From positions 15,314,001-15,378,000 of the forward strand of contig CM022673.1 of assembly GCA_012295275.1 (NCBI GenBank): a stretch of DNA of 64,000 bases, in the 5' to 3' direction. Position 1 is the first letter of the stretch, and each line of letters opens with the position of its first letter. This stretch comes from Chrysomallon squamiferum (Eukaryota > Animalia > Mollusca). The position numbers and the translations under genes were made by a program. The notes beneath the pieces are model-generated. The model did not search any database, was not told the DNA's origin, and worked only from the letters and a program-made list of their open reading frames with translations. Shown piece by piece: positions 30,299-44,634 of the stretch.

Positions 30299-32096
30299 TT
30301 CAAAATATTAAAAATGATATACATGTTTGATATGATCTATATGCCTTTCAGTTAGATTTTCTACTCCGTACATTTTCTTTTCCACATGGCTTGTTCTTTT
30401 TTACAGTGACAAAAATGGTGGTAAGGAAGGTCACTTTAAAATAAATAACGAATGAATGTGTCGTTAATCAAGGTATGTTTGTTAAGAAGTGAATGCAGTG
30501 GCAGTTTTTTCCTTTGAAGAAGTTTTCTGATATTCTCATATAAGAGCGAAAGATTTTCGTTGCTTGGTTTTCTTTGTTTTACATGCTCGCGTTTTTATTT
30601 TTATTTTAATTTTTTTAAAATTATTTTTAATTTTTAATTTTTATATTTGTATTTATTTTTTTTATTTTTATTTTTTTACCATTTATTCGAATGAATACTA
30701 AAGTCAGTGGTGCTAGGAAAACAAATACTAAATAGCCCTATTTGTGTCTCTGCTTATAGAAAAACTTCAGTCATAATCCTAAAAAATATTGTGTGCTACG
30801 TTATAAATAAACGTCCTGGAAAAGAAAGGTGTTCTTTTAAATCTTGTTATATACCCTGTCGTATTTAAGTTATACCGAAATACAGCTTCCACAGCAAACA
30901 GTCAGTGGTTTCGAATAAATATACATTTTTGAAACACAACATATTTATGATACCGATAGACACCATCACCGTAACATCTAATTTATTTAAGAAACAAAAC
31001 TTTAATAATATAGTACATTTCAAATACAATATAAATGTTCTACTTATGACAGATTTCTAATAATTATTATGAATTATATGAAATGTTTATTTTAATGCTC
31101 CTTTAATGTTCCAAAGAGATTTTGTACGTTGGCGGTAGCATATGACCAAGAACAGTGTGGTCGTATAACACCTAAGTTTAGTTTATATATAATAACGGCA
31201 AAGGAAAAATCGCCTAACATTTCTTTATGAAACAGCTGTAATAGAAATCATTCTACATACATATAGCAACACTCCCAGATATATATTGCAGTTGATATTA
31301 GTATAATAAACAAACAATCAAATAATTAAGTAAATAAATAAATAAATGCTTGAATTATTTCTGTATAAATTAAATGTATTTCTTCGAAAAGTTTATATTA
31401 AAATGTTATACATGCATCCGTAGCTATGGATTCAGGACGTTGCTATATGTTTTGGACCAATTCATTTATAGTATTGTTTACCTTCGTACAGAAAAATATA
31501 ATTAAAGACTACTGTTTCAATAACTCTGCATAAAATATTTTTCGAAAGATGAAACATTTTTACTTCTTAAATGTTTATATTCTTTTGTTTGTGATTTAGT
31601 TTTCGATAAGCATATGCATATACATATACATGCACATATGCATTTGTAAACAATCGGATACATTGTAAATTAAGAACAAAAAAGAAAAAAGAAAGCACAA
31701 AAACCACACAAAAAAACAAAGAGGAGAGAAACAAACAATCCAACCCACAGACATGGGTTTTATAATAATAATATAATACTGTATATTTTTAGACCGCCAC
31801 GTATACTGAATTAATTTTATTGCTCTTGACAGAATATATATTTATAAAAATGTTATTTTGAAGGATTGTTTTCTGTATGGGAATTGCAGCTAGATTTCAG
31901 ATGCTAATTGTTAGTAACCTGTGCTATTATTTTTTTTTTTTTTTTTTTTTTTTTTTTATCTCTTTTCATTTTTATTTAATAGAGTTATTATTTTTTTTTT
32001 TTTTTTTTTTTTCATGAAATCTCTGCGTAACACACAATTTTGGATGATTTATTTATTTATTTTATTTATTTGTTTATTTATATATATATATATTTC

Positions 32097-32129
<33 letters not shown>

Positions 32130-32308
32130 GTTCTTGTTGTTGTCGTGATCACTGGTTCATTTAAAATAAATAAGGAAATGTTTTTTTTTTTTATAAATTA
32201 GAAAATTATAACACCAGTATGTAATGAGATACCAAAAACGTATATTGTATCGATGGGTAGAATTTATGATAGAAACGGTTTATAAATATTTTTTCTTTTA
32301 TTTTGCAG

Positions 32309-32387
32309 ATGACTTTTTGGGGCATGAATTTGATTTCTATATTATGGTGGATATACAGTGTTTCTGGTTTATACACTAGTGAGAAAG
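32309..32387 (+). CDS. Gene C exon 1, signal peptide
   Basis: ttttgcag|ATG MTFWGMNLISILWWIYSVSGLYTSEK G|GTTAGT; hydrophobic core followed by V-S-G. Confidence 0.75.
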
Positions 32388-32814
32388 GTTAGTTATAACT
32401 AATTTTCTAAGTAATCAAATAAATAAAGAAATAGAAAAAATAAATAAATAAAGGAATATAGAAATAAATAAATATGAACAAGTGAATAAATATGTATGAG
32501 CGAAAGAATGAATGAATAAACAAACAAACAGATAACTACATAGATAGATAGATAGATAGATAGACAGTTAGATAGACAAATAGATAGATAAATAAATAAA
32601 TAAATAAATAAATAAGTAAATAAATAATCAACTAAAGAAATAAACACACTAAGAAACAAAGAGTTAATCAGAGAACGTTTTTGTCTTTGTTATATTTTTT
32701 CATTCCATTACTGCTTTAACATAATCTAAGGACTGAAATTATAATATTTTATTTTTTACAGTTTATTAATAAATTACTGTTATAAAGTTCAGTAAATGTT
32801 TGTGTTGAGCTAGA

Positions 32815-32845
<31 letters not shown>

Positions 32846-33473
32846 ATATATATATATTGTTTTTTACATAAATTATAAAAGAGACACTCATATATATATG
32901 AGTGTCTCTTTTATCATTTATGTAAAAATAAATAGATAAATAAATAAATAAATAAATAAAGACAAAATTGCAACAATAATAAAAAAAGCCCACATCATTC
33001 ATTACTTAAACTTATTACACAAAAAGCATAATTGATTATTGTAACTAAATATTGTTGTTATTATTATTATTAGGGGATATATTTGTTTTTTTGATGACTC
33101 TTTTTGTAATAAACTTCATTTATCAAATGGTAAAACTTTACAAAATTTGTCACTAATTGTTTTTTCAAGACTCAATAGCATAATCTAACGATGGAACGGA
33201 AAACCATCAGATCAATATTAACATTATTATTTTTAAAATAAATTTGCGAAAGTAAGGATATTTGAATTTTCTGGCTTATACAATCTATAATTATGTAATA
33301 GACATTACTTTTTTCTGTATTTACTTATCTGTCTCTTTTTAAATCATTTTTTTTTATTTTTAAAAAAGTTATAAATATTTATACCGAAACTGCTTTAACT
33401 GTTTTTGATGTAAAATAACAAAAAAGACAACAACAACAACAACAACAACAATAACAATAATAACAATAATAAC

Positions 33474-33535
<62 letters not shown>

Positions 33536-34301
33536 TAATAGTAAAAAATAATAATAATAAAAAAAATGTTTTATGACAGTTCGATTAGTATACAGGTACT
33601 GGACCAATTATCCGGCGTCCTGAAATCCGAAAAGACCAGTAAACCGGAAGTGTTTTCCCGACGCTCTTTTCATAGGTCGCACGCGCGGGTGTTGTCCTTA
33701 CCAGACCGGAACTACTATTTCAAGCCGCGTGGCGTTCATTCACTCGCTGCATTGTTTACGTGTCTAGTCGCCACAGTTGTATATTTTCAGGTTTCTTTAC
33801 GTTTTTAATTTTAAAATGTTTATGCCTAATTATTTACGTATTGATACCAGAAATCTGGATTGTCTCATCCCCCAAGGAGTGCAGATAATTGGTCCAGTAC
33901 CTATAATTGAAAACAACACTTTACAATGCACCACTTTGCAAGATAAATTTATTTCCTTTCTTTGTAGACATCAGTTTTATTTCTTAGGTCAACATTGTTA
34001 CGATGTTACGGAGGACTTGTCCGCGGTGTATACTGGAAATGTAGCAAATACTATACATGGAATAGAATGCCAACGATGGGAATGGCAATATCCACACAGG
34101 CATCGGTTTACAAAGGATGATATGTTTCCAGATAAATCAGTATCTGAAGCCTTAAATTACTGTCGAGATCCTGGCAAGTTTGGTTTTCCATGGTGCTTTA
34201 CTAACAAGCCCAGCATTAAATGGGATAGGTGCGGTATTTCTCCATGTCAAGGTAAAAGTCTCTCTCTCTGTCCACATAATAATTAATGACACAATTTAAT
34301 T

Positions 34302-34342
<41 letters not shown>

Positions 34343-34475
34343 CACGTAATCTCAGCTTATGAAGTTCTCGTTTGAATGACAAGAAGCATAAGATTGTCTT
34401 AACCTTTAGTTCTAGCTGTGATGTCAGTGCTTAGAACGTTGGTCCACTTTCTGTTTATGTTTATTCTGCTCTACA

Positions 34476-34516
<41 letters not shown>

Positions 34517-35856
34517 AATGTTAAGATACTGGATAATATTAAAATAACAGTGATTTCAGTGATTATTCAGAGTTTATAGACGTCAGTTTGAACATTTAAT
34601 GGCAGCAACATGATGGTGTAAATGGGGACACTGTATGGTTGAAAACTGAAAAAGTCTATAAACAAGCAGCATAAAAAGTTAGAGGCTTACGGGGAAACTT
34701 GACACTTATCAAGATAATATAGAAACGCAAGTAGCACATAAGTCGTAATATGAAATGATATCCATCGAAAGAAATGATTAGGCGACTGTTAATCAATGGT
34801 GCCTCTAATAATTTTACATCGAATGAAAATATAACCGAAAATGTATGCGAATTTGTTTCTGAATCATTTAACGATCGTGGCTTTTATCAAGTAGCACCTA
34901 ATCTGGTTGTAATTAATACAATAAACTGTGCCAACTATGGTTGGATATTTTACATACTTAAACATTGACATCAGATAAGAAAGGCCCTACATCAAATATT
35001 TTAAGTATCTTCATTTATTCTCAATGTTTTATAAATGTTTTCTTGAAATGGTCACTACAAATGTCACTGTTCGCGTCAAATTTGTAATTGTCGAGTGTCC
35101 AGTGCCTAAGTTATTTAATCATTCCTATACTTTAAGTTTCTCGTCTTTTATCCCAATATTTAAATTTCTCCCAGGTTCTCACTGACGATTTATCAATCAT
35201 AAAAGCATTCCGCAAAGAGTTCTCGATATTACAAGTATGGAGTATTCAGCATTATGGTACAATTTTATAAGATCAACAAATAAGATGGAAGCATAGACAC
35301 TATATTAAAGCCATAATTTTATTGTTCCACCGGTACACTTTAATTAAATCGTTTTCGTTTACATTGTAACTATGCATAGTATCTATTATATCTCTTTTTT
35401 TTTTCCAGGAGTTCAATGCTATTATGCCATGAAGAATCACGCTTTTTATACAGGAAAGAAGAATGTAAATAAAGAAAGTGTTTGCCAGAGATGGGATTCA
35501 CAGTCACCTCACAAACACAATTTCACAAATCCTGGTTTATTTAATGCAAAACGTTTGTCTGATGTTGCAAACTACTGTCGTGACCCTGATGGTACAGGTG
35601 TTCCTTGGTGTTTTTCTGATCATCCGAAAAAGGGACGCTTATCTTGTGTGATTGCACGCTGTAAAGGTTTATCTATCTATTTATCTATATACATACATAC
35701 ATGCATATATACATAAATACATTCAAACATACATACATACACACATAGATATATATATACAAATTATATGGTTTTAGTATATTTTGTTTATATATTTTTA
35801 AAAATATATATACACACATCTATCTATCTATCTATCTATCTAACTATCTGTGTATA

Positions 35857-35892
<36 letters not shown>

Positions 35893-36196
35893 CACACACT
35901 CACACAAACACACCCGAAATATTTTCAGACTGTTTCATTATTAAGAATCGCCATGCTTTGTATTATGGAACTAAACATGTTTCTAGCAGCGGACTTAAGT
36001 GTCAGGCGTGGGACAGTATGACAGGTGTAAGTTATTTATTTTCTGATGACTCGTTTCCAGACCATTCTCGGTCCCGCGCTGAAAACTTCTGTCGTGATCC
36101 TGACGGGACAGGTGAGCCATGGTGCTATACGGGAAACGTAATTCCTTCACGGGAGGCATGTGGTGTAATGCCTTGTCCAGGTTATTTATTAGTATT

Positions 36197-36246
<50 letters not shown>

Positions 36247-37841
36247 GTGTACGCTATAATAACTTACAATGTCTCTGATTATATGATAGTGTGATAACAA
36301 GAAATTTGGATAAATGTATAATTTTGAGATATAGCACACTTCAAGTTCTCCTTCTACATGTAAATGGTAATTGAAGAAATTACTCAGCAAAAAAATGCAT
36401 TAGCTATATAAATAAATGTGTATACTTGATGTTCTTCACTTTTGTATTACAGTAATAACTTCTAGTTAAATTTAATATTCAAGCTATGGTGGCATGAATG
36501 AATGAATGAATGAATTAATATACTAATAAACAAATAAATCATATGACAGACAGATAATATACTAAAGTAATGGAAACATAAAATTTGCTGAGGTAACAAA
36601 CGTAAGGTTATCAAATGGTATCTTACTTTTTTTTGTCAAAACTTTAAATGATAAATAATTATTTTCCAGAAACAGACTGTTATACAAAGATGAATAATAC
36701 GATTTTGTACCAAGGTTCTACGTCTACTACAGTCTTGGGGTATCAATGTCAACGGTGGAGCTGGGATATTCCACAAGTGAATTATTATAAAGAACGCAGT
36801 AACTATCCAGAAAATTCGATATTAAAATCATCCAACTACTGCCGTGATCCATCTAATGAAGGTTTTCTTTGGTGTTATACCACTGATCCTAAAAAAAGAT
36901 GGGATAAATGTGCCGTTCCTGCTTGTATAGGTTTGTGACTTTTTCTTAAGTGGTAGGGCTTCATTTGTTACTCTAATTGTGCTTTAGAAGACCGTGATCG
37001 ATATTCTCTTACTACAATAACATTTTACTTTCTGATACAGATTTTTTCTTTCCTCCCTGTCCTCCCTTTCGTCAAAATTCTAAAAATATATGCTGTAATA
37101 TATAATGTAATGTTTAGTGTCGACATTCTAAGGAGAATAATATCGATTAAAATGTTAAGCCAGTTAAGCACACACAGGTAACCAATTATAAAGGAAAATT
37201 GTTTTCAAAGGTATAATAAATATATTTTCGACCAATGACAATACAGAGATATTAAATCAGTCATTCATTTTTTTAAGTTCCACATCATTAATATCGACTC
37301 ACTGATATATTTTTTGAATTAAAAAAGAAAAAGGAAGAAAAGACACTTAATATGAGAAACAAACACAAGTAAATAAATGTTACACAATCTTATACAATAT
37401 ATTAACTGAACAGTTTAATATTTATATGTATAGAAATACTACAACTACTACTACTACTACTACTAATAATAATAATAATAATAACGTTCCTTTTTAATTT
37501 CCTTTCTATTTTTTTTCTAATTGCACAGTATTAATATCTATTAATTCATATATATTTTTAAACAAGAATCTAAGATTGATGTTTGTTACATTCCTTATAC
37601 AAATAATTGCATAACAAAGAAAGAAAGTTAAATAAAAATTATAGAATAGTATATAATATATTAATTGAACAATTTAGTATTTAGGTGCATAGAAGTAATA
37701 ATAATAATTTAAAAATAAGCCAATAAGGAAATATAAATGATTAAATATGAATTCAAAATGAATGAATAAATAAATAAATAAATAATTAAATAATGATGAT
37801 GATGATAATGACAATAATAATAATAATAACAATAACAATAA

Positions 37842-37898
<57 letters not shown>

Positions 37899-38230
37899 CA
37901 ACAACAACTGTCAATCTAAAACTTTTATGATTTGAAATAAATGTTTAATTCACAAATATTTCATTCTCAGATCTCGAATGCTACTTTAAAGTTGAAAATC
38001 GGATTGTGTACGTTGGATCAATAAATACGTCAAAAAATGGGTATATCTGTCAAGAATGGTTCAAATATTATCCTCACAAACACGACTATATTCAGGCTGC
38101 AAGCGTCAGTACTGACCGGAAAGGACTGGTTAAAAACTTCTGTCGCGATCCATCTCACGATGGTTACCTGTGGTGCTACACCACCAATCCCAGTGTACGG
38201 TGGGACAAATGTGATGTTCCTGCTTGTTAA
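32309..38230 (+). CDS. Gene C: secreted five-kringle protein (plasminogen/apolipoprotein(a)-like kringles, no protease), 457 aa
   Basis: Exons 32309-32387, 33988-34251, 35409-35666, 35929-36180, 36670-36930 and 37971-38230 (TAA). Introns are GT-AG and phase 1; 1374-nt open frame; 5 x 6 Cys. Confidence 0.85.
33593..33903. mobile_element. MITE (Tc1/mariner-pogo superfamily-like) in gene C intron 1
   Basis: Terminal inverted repeats CAGGTACTGGACCAATTATC ... GATAATTGGTCCAGTACCTA flanked by TA on both sides; 311 bp; higher GC than its surroundings. Confidence 0.8.
33988..34251 (+). CDS. Gene C kringle 1 exon
   Basis: QHCYDV...ECQRWEWQYPHRH...LNYCRDPGKFGFPWCFTNKPSIKWDRCGISPCQ; 264 nt. Confidence 0.9.
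35409..35666 (+). CDS. Gene C kringle 2 exon
   Basis: VQCYYAMKNH...[13 protein letters not shown]...[17 protein letters not shown]...SCVIARCK; 258 nt. Confidence 0.9.
35929..36180 (+). CDS. Gene C kringle 3 exon
   Basis: DCFIIKNRHALYYG...KCQAWD...[18 protein letters not shown]...EACGVMPCP; 252 nt. Confidence 0.9.
36670..36930 (+). CDS. Gene C kringle 4 exon
   Basis: [16 protein letters not shown]...QCQRW...[33 protein letters not shown]; 261 nt. Confidence 0.9.
37971..38230 (+). CDS. Gene C kringle 5 (terminal) exon
   Basis: LECYFKVENRIVYVG...ICQEW...[32 protein letters not shown]. Confidence 0.9.
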
Positions 38231-38363
38231 GATTTGTTTATTATTTTACCATTTCATTTGTTTACTTATTTTCATGTTGGGTTTTACAAATTCTGTGTAT
38301 GAAATTAGTTTGTTATTCATACCTTTCCCTTGTTGTGATAAAGATCTTTTCTCGATGATGATT

Positions 38364-38401
<38 letters not shown>

Positions 38402-39215
38402 TCATTATGACTTTAACGATATTAAACGATCCTTTTGTTTTCGTTTCTTCCTTCCTTTCTTTCTTTCTTTCATTCTTTCGTTCTTACTTTATCATACATT
38501 TTTATGAATTTGAAACGATACATATTTCAGAAAAAAGAACTGATAACTGGTAAACTAACTTCGTACTATAATAATTTACTTTAGCGTAGATTTGTATTTT
38601 TGTTTCTATCCGTGTTATTAAAAATATCGGAAATGATTAGAAAATTGTCATTTGTGCAAGATTCTTACGTTTAATGCATATAGCAGCACAATATCGGTCT
38701 ATCAGTATCTCATCGTTGTCTGTCATTTCATCTGTCTGTCTATCCACATGTATCCGTCAGTATTTTTGTCTATACTAATGTTAATTTATTATGTGTGTTT
38801 ATTTTTTTGCTGTTTTAATTTTTTTATTTGTTTTTTTTTTTTTTTTTTTTTTGTCTTCAATAATTATCGTTTAAGAAGAGGAAAATTAGAAATTATACTA
38901 GAAATGAGTTGAAGGATTAAAGAAAACATTTAAGTACACCAAAGTTTTGCAAAAAATAAATTTGAATTACTACCGAATAAATAACATTTACACTCAAATA
39001 TCTAACACAAAATTGGTTAATACACTTTAATAGCTGAACCATTTAGAACGTCTGTTTTATTGTCATTCACTTGCTCTCCAAGAATCACGTAACACATCAA
39101 AATTCTAACATTTATTTGAAGTAAAAAACAAGAAAAAACAAAAAAATATATAATAAATTGAAATGAAAAAATAAACTTCACTGTCATTATTATTAGTTTT
39201 ACATATATTTATATG

Positions 39216-39860
39216 GAGTGGTACCTTGACAGAAGAGTGCTCTAACTTACGAGTTTTCCGATTTACGAGCACGTGCCCTGTCGATTATTTGCTTTGAGTT
39301 GCGAGCCAAATCCGAGTTGAGAGCGAGCTTCAGATACGCCGCCGTTGTTGCCGAATAACACAACATCCGCCCAACATCCGCGTTTCAGTCGTTTGCATCA
39401 CATTTGACCTCGCTTTTTATGCAGTATTTTGCCTGAGAAAGTGAGTGCAAAGGACAGTGTTGAGAAGAAGAAGCGGATTATGTCCATTGAATTAAGGCAT
39501 GCAATTATAGAAAAATATAAGTGAGGTGTGCGTGTAGTCAACATACCTAGGCAGTACGAGCGGAGTACTTTTAGGATATGTGCCATCCTGAAGTAGAAGG
39601 AGTCGACAAAGGCTATAACTCTGTGCACTAAAAGATGGAAAAATCCTAACCCTGTACACTTTATAAAACCAGTTTATTTCTTTACATTCTCCTTTATTTT
39701 GTTTTTATACAATATTTTGTCATTTATACATACATTTGTCTTATTTAAAAGCATGTTATAAAAAATTCGTTTTTTTTTTTGGGGGGACTGGAACGGATTA
39801 ATAGTATTTCAATTAATTTCATTTGATATACTAGCAAATTGAGTTACAAAATATATCCCG
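39216..39860 (+). mobile_element. Tigger/pogo-like internally deleted transposon
   Basis: Left TIR gagtggtaccttgac; EKKKRIMSIELRHAIIEKYK*GVRVVNIPRQYERST...ICAILK (HTH); subterminal sequence shared with 46596-47081. Confidence 0.8.
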
Positions 39861-40322
39861 AACGCATTTATCGTTGTATGACCTGCTTTTCTTTTTGTTA
39901 TTAATATAATTAATCATTTTTTTTTTTTTTTTTTTTTTAGTAAACCTACCAAAGAGTGTATGAAAACTAAACTGATTATTATACAAAAATAATAATGAAG
40001 ATAAGAAGTAGAGCATAAATTTAAATGATATCTTAAAATATTAATACAAAATAAATAAATAACAACGACTACAAAAATAATACGAGAAGAAAAACAACGT
40101 CAATAATAAATAAAATAGTCTGTTCTTTATAGCACTGATGAGAATACTACATAAAATATAAAAGATATTTGCCGCTTAATTTAGTTATGTTAACGTACGT
40201 GGTATCTAAAACTATAATATGCATAATGTATTTGACTCTATTGTCTTTTCGAAGAAAAAAAAAAGAATAAAAAGCAAGAAAATAAAAGTATTTTTGATGT
40301 GCTCGGGTTTATGTAATGGTTA

Positions 40323-40358
<36 letters not shown>

Positions 40359-40823
40359 ATATATGAAAAAAAGAAAGAAGATAAATGAATAAAAAATTAA
40401 AAACAAACATGAATATAAAAATCCGGCGACATTGCAAGCATAATTTATTACCTTTTCTTTGGTGACACAACACATTCTATTGTTAAGATAAAATAATAGA
40501 AAGAATGATTCAGTTAAATAAATAAAGTACAATTTCGAAAATGCAAATATCATTGTACAGAATCTGTCAGTTGAGTTGAAAATAAGAAGAATAATAGTCT
40601 CATTTCAAAATAATTATTATCCAGATGACTGGAAATATATAAAAATAATAGTTTTGATATGTTTTCTTTCATTTCTTTCCTTAATAAAATAGTTTGTTCT
40701 TTCCCGCTTAATTTAGCTATGCTAATGTACAAGGTATCTAATATAATCTGTTTGATTCCATACTCATCTCACAAAAAAAGAGGAAATAATAATAATAACA
40801 AAAACAACAACAGCATCATCATC

Positions 40824-40906
<83 letters not shown>

Positions 40907-41281
40907 AAACATAATGTGTTTTAAAAAATAAATAAATAAATAAAAAATAAATAAATAATTAAACAAAGTCATTTCAGGAAAGGATGCGATATTTTTGACA
41001 CACCCAAATACATAAATACGTAATCGCTAATAAATAAAATAATAATAAAAAATAAAATGAAATAAAAAACCAAACATGAGGACATAAAAATAAACATGAA
41101 CATAAAAATCCAGCCACATTGTATGAATAATATTTATTTTGTCCTGTTCAAAAATAGTAAGTGTTAAAATAAAGATTAAAATACAAAAATAGAAATAATG
41201 ATTCAGTTAAATAAATAAAGTACAATTTCAGAACAGGCAGGTACCAATGTATAGTATCTATCAGAAGAAAATAAGACAGAC

Positions 41282-41374
<93 letters not shown>

Positions 41375-41376
<2 letters not shown>

Positions 41377-41480
41377 AGACAACGAGTAATTCCACAAGTG
41401 TCGCTTTTGTATCCGGACTTGTATTTTTTAAAGTAGTCAGGGACACGACAGTAATTTAAAGTTTTACACACGAAACTGCA
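41375..41480 (-). pseudogene. Antisense kringle C-terminal remnant
   Basis: VCKTLNYCRVPDYF...DTCGITRCL followed by (TC)n, like the ends of the K1 exons. Confidence 0.6.
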
Positions 41481-42769
41481 ATTTGAATGTAATCGAATAT
41501 GTTTGAAAAAAGTACTCGTTGATTTAAATCAACATCACAATATATATTGAACAAAAACAAATTACAGTGATGCGGGTTTATAAATGGTCTACAGTTGTTT
41601 TACAGTGACAAAAATGCTGGTGACAAAGGTCACTTTAAAATAAATGAATGATTAATGCGTCGTTATTCAGGGTATGTTTATCAAGTAGCAGCTTTTATCT
41701 TTGAAGACGTCTAATATTCTTAAATAAGAGCGAAAGGTTTTCATTTCTTGGTTTTCTTTGTTTCCCTTATTTGTATCTTCCTTTTTAAAATAGTTATGTT
41801 TGTATTTTTCTTTACAAAATTATTATTATTTATTTCATTTATCAATTAAATATATACTCTATATGTGTGCATTGAATTATCTGCACATGTGCATGTTATG
41901 ATTGTATGTATGGCGTTAGTCAATGATCCACACAGATATAATGCGTGTGCATGTTTGTATGTTTCAGAATGTTCATATACATCTTATTAAAACAGAATAT
42001 TAAAGTTAATAGTGGGAGGAAAAGAAACATTTAACAGCCCCATTCGTACCTCTGATTATAGAAAAAAAACTTCAGTCATGATACTGAAAAATATTGTGTT
42101 TTACACTATAGGTAAATGTCCTAGGAAAGGAGAGGTATTCTTTTAAATCTTGTTAACTATATTCCTGTCGTAATTAAGTTATACTGGAATGCAGCTTTCA
42201 CATCAAACAGTCAGTTGTTTCCAATAAATAAGGTATTTTGATATTTACTGATAGACACCATCACAATAACATCGAATTTATTTAAGAAACTAAATATTAA
42301 TAATGTAGTAAATTTTAAATGTAATAGAATTTTTCTACTTCTGACAGATTTCTAATAATTATTATGATTATCTAAAATGTTTATTTTAATGTTCCTTAAA
42401 TATTCACAACAGATTGTGTACGTTGGCGGTAGCATTTGACCGTGAACGGTGTGGTCGTACCACACCTCAATTTAGTTCATATATAATATTAGCAAAGTCT
42501 TCATTACTGAAAGCATGGTTCTATGTGAAACAGCTCTGTGATAGAAATCATTTTATATAGTAACACTCACAGATAAACATTGCAGTTGATATTAGTATAA
42601 GAAACAAAAAAAAGCAAGAAAACAAACAAACAAACAAATAAATTAAATAAATAAATAAGAAATAAAAAATAATAACATAATAAAATAAAATTTAAGATTA
42701 AATAACCCAAAGCAATCAAGATCAGTGGAATTAAATTCTCGATTGTTTTGTTTATTAATGACGTTTATT

Positions 42770-43690
42770 TGTTCGTCCCCCGAGAACTGCTACCAACGAC
42801 AATTTCTCCCTGGACAACTGTACTCCATTTGTTCTTCCAATAATGATTTTCAAGCATAACCAGATATATATATGTATAAGGACCGGTTTTTTAATATATC
42901 AAAAATAACAGACAACATATAAATCAAATTCAGAGTAGTATGTCCGTGGTCCTCTAGTAAAGCTTTGTATAGCGACAGTTCATTCATAAGTACGGGTTAA
43001 ACTATGGCTGTGTATACTAACGCACTTCTTACAAGAGTTAATTCACACTTTTATGTTGTGTTCCACTCAGATATTCCAGTACGTGTCGGTTTTCACGCTG
43101 TCTGACCAGTCTCACGGAACGCAATGAAGGCTGTTATTTCCAGTTCATTCAGTGCTTGTTCTCGCTTTAAAATGTCTATCAGCTTCCAGAAATTCAAATG
43201 GTAGGCAGAAATGTTTGACTGCCATCCTTTCATGAAGACGTTGGTCCGCGGCAAATTATTTTCTACTCGCTGATGCATGTTCCACATTTCAACATTGCAA
43301 GTGAATCACATCTGCGACCAGCTCTGCCATACTGGTCATCATAAGATTCTGATAGTGCTTCATAAGCGGCCGTAAGTTATCCACTGAAACGAAAGCAATT
43401 GCAGCTATCTGGTGGATCAGTAATGCAAACTTTTTTTCAATACTGTAATGAACTGGCAGAATACTGTTGAACCTGGCGCCAGATATATTGGTTCAGATGA
43501 AAGAAGCACAGTTTAGCTGTACAGCGTGTTGCCTTCTTCATTCACACTCGTAAGAAATCACTCCACTACTGGGTTCCTTCTGTCGGACATACACATAGTT
43601 TTTTGAAGGCAAGTTTTGGATGACCATGCTCTGATTCAGTGAACTCTAACTCATAGATGATAATATTTTTGCTGCAAGACATGATCTTAT
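42770..43690 (-). mobile_element. MULE (Mutator-like) transposase remnant
   Basis: CFFHLNQYIWRQVQQ (CxxH motif), KFALLIHQIAAIAFV and WNMHQRVENNLPRTN...GW...NFWKLIDILKREQ; frameshifted; boundaries approximate. Confidence 0.75.
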
Positions 43691-44043
43691 ATATTGTTTC
43701 ACTCATCTTAGTTATCGTTTATTTGTCAAATTAAATCATTTTAGAAAAGAAGAAAAAGTCTCATAAACTCTGCCATAAAATATATTTGGAAAGATGAAGT
43801 AGTTTTTGCTATCTGAAATTTCATTTTTTTGTATTTTGTATTTTCTATTTTTATCAAAAATCGTGTACGTATACATACAGTTCGTCATTTATCAATGAAT
43901 AATAATAATAGTACTAATAATAAAAACGACATCTGGGTTTTATATTGTTGATGAATATCTCTGGGACCGTCACGTATACTCAATTCATTCTACGGCTCTT
44001 GAAATAGTATATATTTACAAATATTTATATTCTTTATTTTTAA

Positions 44044-44119
<76 letters not shown>

Positions 44120-44469
44120 AGTATGCATGTATGTATGTATGTATGCATATGCATATCTTCTTTTTTTATCTTTTAAAGTAAATTTTAGTACTGCACTGAT
44201 ACAAAAAATGTTAATTTGAAGGATTGTTTTCTGAACGGAAATTGTTAGTACTTTTCAACTGATGATTTCTAATAATATGATTTTTGTTTATCTGGATCAT
44301 TTAATTGTTTGTTTTTGTATTTGTTGTTTGATTTTATGTTTGGTTGTTTGTTTATTAATTTATTTATGTATTTATTTATTTATTTTTGTTCAAAGCTATT
44401 TTACATTGTATCGATGAGTAGAATTTATGCCAGAAACACACAATAGAAATTGTGCCTTTTATTTTGCAG

Positions 44470-44548
44470 ATGACTTTTTCGTGTGTGAATTTGATTTTTG
44501 TATTAAGGTGGATACTCAGGGTTTCTGGTTCAGACACTGGTGAGAAAG
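44470..44548 (+). CDS. Gene D exon 1, signal peptide
   Basis: ttttgcag|ATG MTFSCVNLIFVLRWILRVSGSDTGEK G|GTTAGT. Confidence 0.7.
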
Positions 44549-44593
44549 GTTAGTTATAATTAAATCTCTAACTAACTAAATAAATAAGTAGAT

Positions 44594-44634
<41 letters not shown>

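Noticed and set aside
38850-38945. Recurrent 'NNYRLRRGKLEII' ORF ends as a sixth coding exon
   Set aside because: Indels and stops differ among copies; it is explained as duplicated 3' flank.
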